Virus record (IMG/VR): IMGVR_UViG_3300036781_000236
Coordinates: 1-64,000 of that record
From: a virus
Strand: one strand, 5' to 3'
Length of the DNA: 64,000 nt
A program made the translations under genes and the position numbers. Below the pieces are notes generated by a model. That model ran no database searches. It saw only the letters and a list, made by a program, of their open reading frames with translations, and was not told where the DNA came from. How positions within the stretch are numbered: the stretch's first letter is position 1; each line of letters opens with the position of its first letter. Shown here piece after piece: positions 55,552 to 64,000 of the stretch.

Positions 55552-56225
55552 GGCGTCACGGTACCGTCGAGGACTGCCCGCATCTTCTCACGGGAGCCGC
55601 GGGACGCGAGATAGAGACGGCCAAGCGCTTGGTTTGCTGCATGCGCTGGGTGCCCTTCGCGGCTCTCCCACACACGAGGATGCCACAGGTGATAGACGGG
55701 GCCAGGGATGCGTTGGTGTCCGCCGCCCATCACGTCGCAGGCAGCGAAGAACGCCCAGTCGTCCCAGCCCCACCCGGCGAGTCGTTCATCGAACCCGCCT
55801 ACGTCGTCCCACAAGCTGCGTGGCACGGCGAGCGCGGACGAGTACGTGTTCTTCTCGGTGCGTTCAACCATGAACTCATCGATCTTCCAGCCGCCCTGCA
55901 ACCGTGCCGTGCCCTGCTGCGACAGATCCCGGATCTCGCTATGGGCGAACGTCAGTTGTCCTGTCTCGCGGGCGCGTGCGACGGCATCGACGTACTGGAG
56001 GTGCTCCCCCAAGATCACGTCGCCGTCGATGATGAGCGCTACGTCCCAGTCACCTGCTTCCACGGCCGCGGTGTTGATCGCTTTGCCGCGGTTGAACAAC
56101 CCATCCGTGTCGTGCCCTTCGATGATGGGCCACCCGAGCCACGCCCACCACTCCCTCGTGAACTCCCATAGCCGGTCGCGGTGCCCACCATCGGGACGCC
56201 AGGGAACAAGGATCGGGACGGTCAA
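55548..56225 (-). CDS. Glycosyltransferase (GT2/galactosyltransferase-like)
   Basis: LVPWR, FNRGKAIN, IDGD, GGFDERLAGWGWDD, HLWHP. Confidence 0.88.
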   Translation of the reverse strand: MTVPILVPWRPDGGHRDRLWEFTREWWAWLGWPIIEGHDTDGLFNRGKAINTAAVEAGDWDVALIIDGDVILGEHLQYVDAVARARETGQLTFAHSEIRDLSQQGTARLQGGWKIDEFMVERTEKNTYSSALAVPRSLWDDVGGFDERLAGWGWDDWAFFAACDVMGGGHQRIPGPVYHLWHPRVWESREGHPAHAANQALGRLYLASRGSREKMRAVLDGTVTP

Positions 56226-56884
56226 CGGTGCTCCGCGAGGTACGCGAGGGTGGCGGCGCGGTCGAAGCGACGGTCGCGATAGTCGCGATACAAAGTATGG
56301 TTGCGCTCGTACAGGTCGTTCCCGCGCGTGACCCCCGGTGGGTTCGGGTGCCACAGGTGGCATACCGGCCCGTCGACCACACGGGGCGGACCGGCCAGAC
56401 CGTGCAGACACTCTAGGATGGCGCTGTCCTCAAGCCCGAAGCCGGTGAATCGCTCATCGAAGCCGCGGCTCTCTTCCCACAGGTCGCGGCGTACCCCAAG
56501 CAAGCTCACGCCCGTGAACGGGTTGACTGTCCATGCGTCCGCGTGTTCCAACTGGATCTCGCCGCTCAGGACACGCGGGGTGTCGTGCTCGGTGAGCATG
56601 CGGAAGTCGGTCGCTCCTGCGTACCCGTAGAAGTACGCCTCCTCCGCAACTTTGCTAGCGACCTCGGGTGGGCACGCGATCTCGGCGTCCGTCCACAGCA
56701 CCACGTCCCAGGACAAGTCATCGTCAGGCACGGCACGGTTCCGCGCGACTGACCAGTTGAAGTCACCGTCGCTGTCCCCGGTGTGCAACTCGTACCCCAT
56801 CTGCGTCCAGCGTGGGAGCGTGTACTCCCAGATCGAGGCGCGGTCCACGGTGGGACGAGCAGCGCAACACACCACGGCTTTCAC
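56222..56884 (-). CDS. Glycosyltransferase (GT2/galactosyltransferase-like)
   Basis: FNWSVARN, TDAE, GFDERFTGFGLED, HLWHP; leaderless GTG. Confidence 0.85.
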   Translation of the reverse strand: MKAVVCCAARPTVDRASIWEYTLPRWTQMGYELHTGDSDGDFNWSVARNRAVPDDDLSWDVVLWTDAEIACPPEVASKVAEEAYFYGYAGATDFRMLTEHDTPRVLSGEIQLEHADAWTVNPFTGVSLLGVRRDLWEESRGFDERFTGFGLEDSAILECLHGLAGPPRVVDGPVCHLWHPNPPGVTRGNDLYERNHTLYRDYRDRRFDRAATLAYLAEHR

Positions 56885-56891
56885 AGCAGCG

Positions 56892-56929
56892 ACGCTATCA
56901 CGCGGGCGTGATAGCACTGCTATACGAAG
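56892..56929. promoter_or_regulatory. Extended palindrome GCTATCACGCGGGCGTGATAGC + CTGCTATACGAAG box; minus-strand TGA-TAGCGT extended -10
   Basis: Directly visible; GTG start 7 nt after TAGCGT. Confidence 0.8.
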
Positions 56930-56938
56930 TTCGTCTAG

Positions 56939-57682
56939 CTAGTGTCCCCATCCCGAGTGGATGCCGATGTGCTGGCACCACACGTCACCGTTCAAGGCAT
57001 CCTCGATGCTGCCCCACAGGCCATACTCCACGTCAGGGTCGCTCTCCGCTAGCTGCTGCGTGAACACGTGCTCGCACCCAGGGTGGGAGGGGAGCACGTG
57101 CGTGGCGAAGAACTGGGTGGGCCACAGCGACGGGTTGAACGTCAGGTTCCGGCGGTGCGCGATCCATACCGCAACCCACGCGAGTCCGCCAGAGCCGTTC
57201 GTGTCATCAACGTTCGTCCACACCTCGTCGTACCGCTCCCGCGCGGTCGCGATGAACCCACCGGGCGGCTCGCCCTTCACGGCGTTCCGCACCAACGCCA
57301 TCTGCGCGAGCGTCGGGTGCGTGTCGAGCACCGACGCGAGGTCGCGCAGGTCGACGTGACGGTTGAACGTGAAGTCCCCTTCCAGGAGGAACACGTACGG
57401 CTCGACGGCCTGCGCGTTGTCTGCCCACACTCTGGATTGCGATCCGCAGCATCCCAATCCGGGCGGCTCAGTTGTGAGGACACGCGCGCTTTCACCGAAG
57501 TAGTTCAGCGCGAGGGACTCCGTCCACGCGAGCGCCTGCGCGTCCGTGGGATTGTCGTGGTGGACGAGTACCGAGGTGGGTGCTGGTGTCACGTTCGCTG
57601 CGAACGACGCCAGCGACGCTACGAGCGGCGCGGCGTCACCGTGAGTTAGCACAGCAAGCCGGTACGCGAAGTCGTCTACCAC
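56939..57682 (-). CDS. Glycosyltransferase (GT-A fold), paralogue of 60667..61473
   Basis: VFLLEGDF, LAQMALVR, TFNPSL, QHIG. Confidence 0.8.
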   Translation of the reverse strand: MVDDFAYRLAVLTHGDAAPLVASLASFAANVTPAPTSVLVHHDNPTDAQALAWTESLALNYFGESARVLTTEPPGLGCCGSQSRVWADNAQAVEPYVFLLEGDFTFNRHVDLRDLASVLDTHPTLAQMALVRNAVKGEPPGGFIATARERYDEVWTNVDDTNGSGGLAWVAVWIAHRRNLTFNPSLWPTQFFATHVLPSHPGCEHVFTQQLAESDPDVEYGLWGSIEDALNGDVWCQHIGIHSGWGH

Positions 57683-58797
57683 GGCACGCACTCCCCTTCG
57701 TGTCCTTCGAGGAGAGAGCACTTGTACGCGATGGACGAACTCTTCCATACACGGTTCGGGCACTCGGGTCCCTCGACGCGGTGCCGTATCTCCTCGAAGA
57801 ACGGCCACAGCGTCTCGCGGATGTCCTCATGCACGTCCGCGGGATCGGCAGTCTCGTCGTGCTGCATCGACGCTCGCTCGATACGCGCGAAGTCGTCCAT
57901 GAGCGCCAACGTTGCGCGTAGGCGTACGTCGAGGAGAAACGATCGGAACTCAGTATCCACGGTAACCCGTAGATCCCTGCTGGTGAACTACGTTGCCGCT
58001 ATCGATAACACGCCACGGCCCACGGTGTTCCACTCCAGCGATGCGTAGCCCAACAGACTCGTATGATTTACCTACCGTGAACTCATACGAGTGATGTGCC
58101 AAAGTGGTCCAACCGAAAAAGGTGCGGATCTGGACAACGGGATACGCGCGAAACTTGGTGTCCACCGTGCTCATTTCGCAGCCTGCTTGAACGCGGTTAT
58201 TACCAGGCGGTTCATGCACGTCGGAAACGTCTTCCGCCCCTGTGTCTCCACCGTCACGGTCTTGTCGGACCACTGCACGAGCATCCACCGCGCAGGGAGC
58301 AACCGTGGCTTGGCGTGACTCACCGTTTCTCCCACCCTGGCAGTTCACGGTTGATCAAGTACAGCCGTGTCCCGCAGCTCTCGCAGTTCAGGGCGCGTGG
58401 CTCGTTCAGGTCACCGCAACCAGGGCACGCAGGCAGACGATCCGGTGCGGCCCTGTCGGTCGCGTCCTGCGCATCAACCCAGCTGCCACCCAAGCCCGTC
58501 ATGTGCGCCACCAGAGGGACTCGCCGACCATCGTGGCGCGTTGCACGAGGCTGAACTCCTCCAACCGTTCCAGCCGGTACGCGATCCCCGGCACGCCACC
58601 TTCCGCGAGCGTGTGCAGCCACACCATCGGTGATGTTTCCGTCACGTCACGCATGCTCAGCAACTCGCGGGCTTCGCTAATGATCTCCGCTGTCTCGTCG
58701 GACTCGAACGCCTGCACCGTCAACGAGTGCAGTTCCGCGGTGGTCATTGGGCCGCCGAGCATCCCAAGCAGCAACGCTGTTTGCGGGCCAAGGTTCA

Positions 58798-59706
58798 TCA
58801 CGCTGGTGTGACCGGAATGCGCTGGATTCCTTCTTCGACCGAGACCAGCGGTGTCCAGCCGAGCAGATCATGCGCTTTGGTTGCGTCAAGAACGGAGTGT
58901 TGCACGTCCCCGATCCGTGCAGGCTCACGCACATGAGACGAGGTCACGAATGCGGCTTTCGTACACCAACGGTGCAGATCGTTCACCGATGAACCTACCC
59001 CAGTGCCGACGTTGAACACACCCGGGTTGCCTGCGGCAGCGAGGAATGCCGCTACCGCGTCGGTGACGTACAGCATGTCACGGGTCTGTTCGCCGTCACC
59101 GTAGATCGTGCAGCGCTCGCCGCGCATCGCGTGATCGAGGAAGATCGCGACGACACCGCCCTCCTGTGCCACTGACTGACGGGGGCCGTACACGTTCGCC
59201 AACCGGAGCACAGTGTTCGCGGTGTCATGCACCCGGTTCCACCCGAGCACATACCCTTCCGCGGCGTGCTTCGACATCCCATACGGCGACACAGGGCATG
59301 GGGGAGTGTCCTCAGCCGCTGGCACGTCGCATTCTCCATACATCGCGCCCCCAGTTGAAGCGAACACCACTGGGCATCCCTCCAACGCAGCCGCGTGAAG
59401 GACACACACCGTCCCAACAACATTCACGCGCGCGTCGTATCCAGGGTTCCTGACCGATGCTTGCACGTCCGCTTGCGCTGCGAGGTGGAACACCACGTCG
59501 CAGCCGCTGACCGCGTCCCTGACGATCTCTTCGTCTGTGACGGAACCAAGGAAAAAGGACGCCGATGGTGAGACGTGGTCGTCGTTCCCAGTCGACAGAT
59601 CATCCAGCACGACCACAGTGTCCCCGCTCGTCACGAGTGCGTCTACGAGGTGGCTTCCGATGAAGCCTGCGCCTCCCGTGATGAGCGCCTTCAAATCTTT
59701 CCCCAC
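58798..59706 (-). CDS. NAD-dependent nucleotide-sugar epimerase (GalE-like)
   Basis: TGGAGFIGSH, FHLAAQ, ASTGGAMYG, YGMSK, NVYGPRQ. Confidence 0.93.
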   Translation of the reverse strand: MGKDLKALITGGAGFIGSHLVDALVTSGDTVVVLDDLSTGNDDHVSPSASFFLGSVTDEEIVRDAVSGCDVVFHLAAQADVQASVRNPGYDARVNVVGTVCVLHAAALEGCPVVFASTGGAMYGECDVPAAEDTPPCPVSPYGMSKHAAEGYVLGWNRVHDTANTVLRLANVYGPRQSVAQEGGVVAIFLDHAMRGERCTIYGDGEQTRDMLYVTDAVAAFLAAAGNPGVFNVGTGVGSSVNDLHRWCTKAAFVTSSHVREPARIGDVQHSVLDATKAHDLLGWTPLVSVEEGIQRIPVTPA

Positions 59707-59906
59707 TGTCGCAGATACTCGATGTCTTGCCTACCGCGCTCGCGGTGTCCCCACCATCCTACGTACACGGCCATCACCGCGATCACCGCAGCACCGATCA
59801 GGAATCCCCACATGCCCCACAGCGCGTATCCGAATACGCATGTCGCGAGTGGTACCCACGACAGCCAGATAACCAGACCGGGTATTTCGTCGTATCCTTC
59901 CATCAT
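59691..59906 (-). CDS. Small membrane protein
   Basis: Two TM helices; RBS AAAGGA. Confidence 0.55.
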   Translation of the reverse strand: MMEGYDEIPGLVIWLSWVPLATCVFGYALWGMWGFLIGAAVIAVMAVYVGWWGHRERGRQDIEYLRQWGKI

Positions 59907-60136
59907 CGTTCCTTTCGTTGTGCTGACTTCGCAGCTGCGACCTGCGCCGGGTCGGCAGTATCGGACTGGAAGCACACGAAGTCGTCGCACCCACCGAATG
60001 GCTCCTCGGCGTGAGGATGCTCAGGGTGGGCGCACTCACCCGTGTTCAGGTATGCGCCGTGCTCGTCACCGTTGAAGCGGTAGAACTGGCAGAAGTCGCA
60101 CGCGTCTATGCAACCTGTCCCGCAGAACTCAGGCAT
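59903..60136 (-). CDS. Small Cys-rich protein
   Basis: C-x3-C-x3-CDFC...C...C...C; coupled. Confidence 0.55.
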   Translation of the reverse strand: MPEFCGTGCIDACDFCQFYRFNGDEHGAYLNTGECAHPEHPHAEEPFGGCDDFVCFQSDTADPAQVAAAKSAQRKER

Positions 60137-60346
60137 CGGTGTCTTTCGCGATCAGCTGCTCGTACTCCAAGAACTGCGGCGACCCGATCACCAACGTCAC
60201 ACGCTCATGGCTGTCCACGTCCTCGATGGTGACAGTCGGGTCCGAGGCGATACCGATGACGCGGTAGATGCCGTCGCCGTGGCGGAACACGTCACGCAGG
60301 CCGACACCACGAACACGGTGGTTGCTCATGTCAGTATCGAGTCCCA

Positions 60347-60667
60347 TTACGCCAACGCCTCGGCGAGGGTGAGTACGTCCATGTTCAACGTCAGCGCTAT
60401 GTGGTGTTCAAGGCGTGCGCCGCGACTCTTGTGCCACCCGTCGAGTAGCACGATCCCGTCGCAGTACGTCAGGATGCGTACGTCGTGGCGGATGAAGTCT
60501 TCCCACAGGGAAGTGCCTGCGAGGAGTCCACTCTCGGCGTCGATCTCCGCAGGAGACACAACCTCGTAGCCGTACTCGCGCAGCGCGGCGCTCGCCTCAT
60601 GGAAAGCCGGGTAGTTGAACTCGGGGTAGCCAGTCATCGGTCCGCTCACGTACACCTTGCTCGCCAT
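60347..60667 (-). CDS. DUF4406-like / nucleoside deoxyribosyltransferase-fold protein
   Basis: VYVSGPMTGYPEFNYPAF...CDGIVLLDGWHKSRGARLE. Confidence 0.85.
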   Translation of the reverse strand: MASKVYVSGPMTGYPEFNYPAFHEASAALREYGYEVVSPAEIDAESGLLAGTSLWEDFIRHDVRILTYCDGIVLLDGWHKSRGARLEHHIALTLNMDVLTLAEALA

Positions 60668-61473
60668 CAGTATCCGATCCCGTCACGCACGCCTACGTGC
60701 ATGCAGTTCGGGGTCCCATCGCCCCACACCCCGAAGTCCCATCCCTGCTCGCGCAAAGCCCACCCGTAGATGCCTTCGCACTCCGCGGTCACCATGTGCG
60801 GGTCGGGCCACGGGTGCTGCTCCATCCAGTCGCGGCGCATCAGCGAAGGGTTCGTGGTCACGTACATACGGTGCCGCAAGAAATGCACGTCCTTCGCGTT
60901 CGTAGTGCACATTGTTCGCAGTTCGTAGTCGTCGCGGCGTAGCTCGTACAAGCCTCCGGCGGCACGCTCTGCGTGATTGACGGCCTGCCGCATCAAAGAC
61001 ATTTGCGCCAACGCGGGAGTCTCGTCCAGCACCTCAGCGAGGTCGCGTAGGTCGACAGGCTCGGCGATCTCGAAGTCGTGTTCCAAATGGAAGACGTGCG
61101 ACACCCCTGGCTTCGCTCCCTCCGCCCACGCTCGCGCCGTGGCATGGCAGAATCCGCGCTGCGTATCCGCACCGATAACCAGTGACGTATCCCACGCGTA
61201 GCCTGCGCCTCGGGTTGCCTCGGACCATGCGTTCGTGTGCATGTCGCGTAGCGGGCCGTCCACGATGAGAACTACCTCTTTGGGTGCGGGGGTGACGTGC
61301 TGGACAAACGCGGTGAGGCACCGCTCCAACGTCGCGCCCGCGCCGTGCGTCAACACCACAAGGCGGTACGTGAACGGCTCGTTGAGTGACTGCTCCAACT
61401 GCTCACGTGCAGCGGCGAGTGCTTCGGGTGTGGACTTGTGGTGGATGTCCTCCCACCGATGATGCCCTGTCAC
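60667..61473 (-). CDS. Glycosyltransferase (GT-A fold)
   Basis: VFHLEHDF, LAQMSLMR, TTNPSL, HVG...GIGY. Confidence 0.8.
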   Translation of the reverse strand: MTGHHRWEDIHHKSTPEALAAAREQLEQSLNEPFTYRLVVLTHGAGATLERCLTAFVQHVTPAPKEVVLIVDGPLRDMHTNAWSEATRGAGYAWDTSLVIGADTQRGFCHATARAWAEGAKPGVSHVFHLEHDFEIAEPVDLRDLAEVLDETPALAQMSLMRQAVNHAERAAGGLYELRRDDYELRTMCTTNAKDVHFLRHRMYVTTNPSLMRRDWMEQHPWPDPHMVTAECEGIYGWALREQGWDFGVWGDGTPNCMHVGVRDGIGY

Positions 61474-61851
61474 GCGCGTCTCTTCACATCGACACTGCAT
61501 AGGAAGACGCAGAGCAGCGCAGCACTCAATGCGCACCAACCCAGGACGGCCGCGGCCTCCCAATTATGGCGGAAGTGGTTAGAGGCGTTACCGACCGCCG
61601 CTAGTACCGAGGTCAGAACGAAGACAGACGCCACGATCCCTGACAGGATACGTGCCTCCGTCATCATTCCCCACCTCCCGCGCGAGTGATCGCCTGACCG
61701 AGACGTTGCGCGTCCGGACCGCTTAGGCGAACCTCGTAGTCGCCGGGGAGACGCAATAGCACCGTTGTGTACGCGATGTCCGCGTAGGGCCACTCACTGA
61801 TCGTGACGACGGTCTGCTTCGGAGTGCTGGACCCCCATTCGAGTTGGTCTG

Positions 61852-62067
61852 TCACGGCGCTCCGAACACCTGCTCGATAGCAGCGATGGTCTCGTCGTTC
61901 AGCGGCAGGAATCTGTCTGCTGCTTCGAGCACGTCCCCGTCGTGCAGGATCATCTCGCGTGGTGTCCACTCGCCGGTCGCGCCGTCCAGGTAGCAGATCA
62001 GCACTCCTGGCGATCCCTCGGATCGAACCTCGGCGGTTTCTGCGTCTAGTGCAGTCGCTGTGATCAT
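61852..62067 (-). CDS. Hypothetical protein (leaderless)
   Basis: ATG 7 nt after -10 TACGAT. Confidence 0.65.
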   Translation of the reverse strand: MITATALDAETAEVRSEGSPGVLICYLDGATGEWTPREMILHDGDVLEAADRFLPLNDETIAAIEQVFGAP

Positions 62068-62074
62068 GCCGCCT

Positions 62075-62104
62075 ATCGTATAGCAGGGAACCTGCCTGGG
62101 TCAA
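62075..62104 (-). promoter_or_regulatory. Promoter TTGACC-18-TACGAT with CCTGCTATACGA box
   Basis: Same architecture as 53409-53437; palindrome upstream at 62127-62140. Confidence 0.8.
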
Positions 62105-62458
62105 CTCTCAACCCGTGGTCGAGGCATCACGCGGGCGTGACGAGACGTGCCATCGAGGCCATGCAGTCGTCGCATGTGAGGACACCGTAGAAGCTGCACG
62201 CGGTGGAACCCGCAGGGTTCACGTACCTGTCGCAGCCGTCGCACTTGAACGACGGCTGCTCGTCCGGACGAGCACCGATGTGGCTCATGTACACGAACGA
62301 CAGGTTGCGGCCTCGGTTCCACTGACGGAGCGTGTCGCGTACGTCGTCGGGCCACGAAGCCCATGACGTGACCGTCGAGCGGCTATACACCGTGTGCCCG
62401 TTCACAAGGCGCGTGTTGCGATAGAAGCTCACGCCAGCGGATCGTTGCGGGGGACGCT

Positions 62459-62740
62459 TCACGACTTCCCATCCAACGAGGCATGATGCTCGCAAGGTGC
62501 TTCTACGAAGCAGCAATCCTCGGTAAAACCGTTGGGGTAGACATCTCCTGCGTTCTCATCGAGTCCAGCGGCACGTGCTCTGCCGACCCATTCTTCATGC
62601 GTAACCTTGCGTAGCCATACGTGCTCGCCGAAGTGGTTCACAATCTTGCTGTCAGGTCCCCACCTGAGAAACTTCAGTATCTCCTCCGGTCCTACTCCCT
62701 CATAACCGAGGCGATCAAGTTCATCCCTGGGAGTAGTCAC
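62459..62740 (-). CDS. Hypothetical protein
   Basis: GTGA-coupled; lower GC. Confidence 0.5.
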   Translation of the reverse strand: MTTPRDELDRLGYEGVGPEEILKFLRWGPDSKIVNHFGEHVWLRKVTHEEWVGRARAAGLDENAGDVYPNGFTEDCCFVEAPCEHHASLDGKS

Positions 62741-63393
62741 AGCGGCTTGTTGCGTGGGATAACGGACAGGTCATACCTGGCGCAGATCGCATCGTAGGTC
62801 GCGGTGCGCACCGCCGCTGGTTGGAGGTTGCGTCCGTCGGGGTTGCGGGTAGCGCAGTAGACCGCATCGGGGACAGACACCAGCCGTGCCCCCCTGATCG
62901 CCATAGCCACGAACAACGCGAAGTCCTCGTAGATCGGCCATTCGTCGCTGAACCCACCAACCTCAACGAACAGGGTGCGTGGGACGGCGGTGCCGATACA
63001 TGCGCAGTTGACTTGGGGCCAGCGGTCCCAATCCGGGATGCTCGGCACGGTGAGGCAGATCCCGTCGGGTTCAACCAAGCCCATCGCGGGCACGAAGATG
63101 GGTTCGCCCCAGAACGGCCCGTTGTCTTGGTCGTCCCACCATGCTGCACGGATCGCGTCCACGTACCCGTCGCACAGGGCGTCGTCTGCGTCCAGGTGGA
63201 TCAGCATGTCGCCCGTAGCTTGAGCGGCAAGTGCGTTGCGGGCTGCGGCGACACCCATGTCTGGGTAGTGCGCGATGAGCACCTCATCCGCGCCTTGGCC
63301 TTCCGTGCTCGGCACGGCATGGGCGTAGGCCATGTCCTCCCACCGCCGATCGCCACACGTAGCCACGACGATGCTGACGCTCGGCCCGTTCAC
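62737..63393 (-). CDS. Glycosyltransferase family 2
   Basis: SVSIVVAT, AAARN, HLDADD, VGGF...YEDF. Confidence 0.88.
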   Translation of the reverse strand: MNGPSVSIVVATCGDRRWEDMAYAHAVPSTEGQGADEVLIAHYPDMGVAAARNALAAQATGDMLIHLDADDALCDGYVDAIRAAWWDDQDNGPFWGEPIFVPAMGLVEPDGICLTVPSIPDWDRWPQVNCACIGTAVPRTLFVEVGGFSDEWPIYEDFALFVAMAIRGARLVSVPDAVYCATRNPDGRNLQPAAVRTATYDAICARYDLSVIPRNKPL

Positions 63394-63558
63394 CCTGCTA
63401 TGTCTATCACGCGGGCGTGAACGTTCACAACAGGTTCCACACGTGAGCGATCTCACCGATCACGATGACCGTCGACACGAGCTTCGCGGTATCGAACACG
63501 AACCCTGCGACCTCGACCACCCGGCGGAATCGACGCCAATGAGCACGCAGTCGCGTGG

Positions 63559-63915
63559 TCACGGCTTCTCCGTCAACCGCGCCAGCAACTCACGAAGCCT
63601 GCGCTCGCTCTGCTTACCTTGATGGCCCTTGCTGAGAACGTGTCGTACCGTCTGGATGGCGTCATCCCGCGCATCGCGCAAAGGGGTCGTTTCGTCGCGG
63701 TACCAATCCATGTACCGACCGGCCTTCTCTTTCCAGCGGTCGCGTTCGGTGCAGGCGGCTGCTAGCTCAACCAACAACGCATCGAGCGCCCTGAACGCAG
63801 CGGCACGAGGCCCAACTCCAGCCTCATTGCGGTCTGTTCCTCCCGAGCCAGAACGAAGTTCCGACCGGATCGCGTCGATGTGTGCCTGCGTGTCTGTTGG
63901 GAATCCGCCGCTCAC
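63559..63915 (-). CDS. Hypothetical coiled-coil protein
   Basis: RBS GAAGGAG; GTGA coupling. Confidence 0.55.
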   Translation of the reverse strand: MSGGFPTDTQAHIDAIRSELRSGSGGTDRNEAGVGPRAAAFRALDALLVELAAACTERDRWKEKAGRYMDWYRDETTPLRDARDDAIQTVRHVLSKGHQGKQSERRLRELLARLTEKP

Positions 63916-64000
63916 TGCTTCTCCTTCGGCAGCACCAACGCATCAACTTCGGGGTCAGAGTCGGGAGTCGGCTCCGCCTCCGGAGTACCGCCCAGAACCT

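Noticed and set aside
1074-63420. Palindromic repeats as a CRISPR array or REP/MITE elements
   Set aside because: Only 14 bp, dispersed kilobases apart, no spacers, no cas or transposase genes, no target duplications
1-64000. Integrase/attP, diversity-generating retroelement, host chromosomal flanks
   Set aside because: No recombinase or reverse transcriptase motifs, no TR/VR pair noticed, and all genes are phage-like; lifestyle cannot be determined from this window

Overview
High-GC, densely coded 64-kb segment of a tailed dsDNA (siphovirus-type) phage of Actinomycetota; nearly all genes lie on the minus strand. Left to right on the + coordinates: replication/recombination module (DnaB, short C5 DNA methyltransferase, HTH initiator, AAA_24/Sak4-like ATPase); small early genes; a divergent Rpf-like muralytic enzyme plus HTH gene; lysis-type membrane genes; the tail module (fibre, minor tail, Dit-like, 1405-aa tape measure, frameshifted chaperones); a 5-kb insert carrying a stand-alone ~310-nt structured RNA, VWA and XRE genes, 7 intact tRNAs, a tRNA-Ser split by an HNH ORF and further HNH genes; the head module (adaptor, major tail, two capsid-type proteins, AAA ATPase, protease, MuF-like protein with a 2H phosphoesterase insert, portal); and a ~14-kb glycan-biosynthesis-rich region. 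The window holds 8 glycosyltransferase-like genes (6 in that region, 2 within the head module), 3 non-DNA SAM methyltransferases and a sugar epimerase. No terminase, integrase or canonical endolysin is visible. The most striking unexplained signals are: (1) a genome-wide two-part DNA motif system, TCACGCnnGCGTGA plus CCWGCTATACGA, often at a fixed 4-bp spacing and overlapping promoters; (2) a promoter- and terminator-bounded ncRNA with kissing loops; (3) tRNA(-like) genes interrupted by HNH ORFs whose ends base-pair; (4) a recurring L[TV]A[AS] peptide motif that brackets enzyme domains (2H phosphoesterase, AAA ATPase) inside head proteins, suggesting protease-released virion cargo. All family assignments are by motif recognition only; no searches were run.
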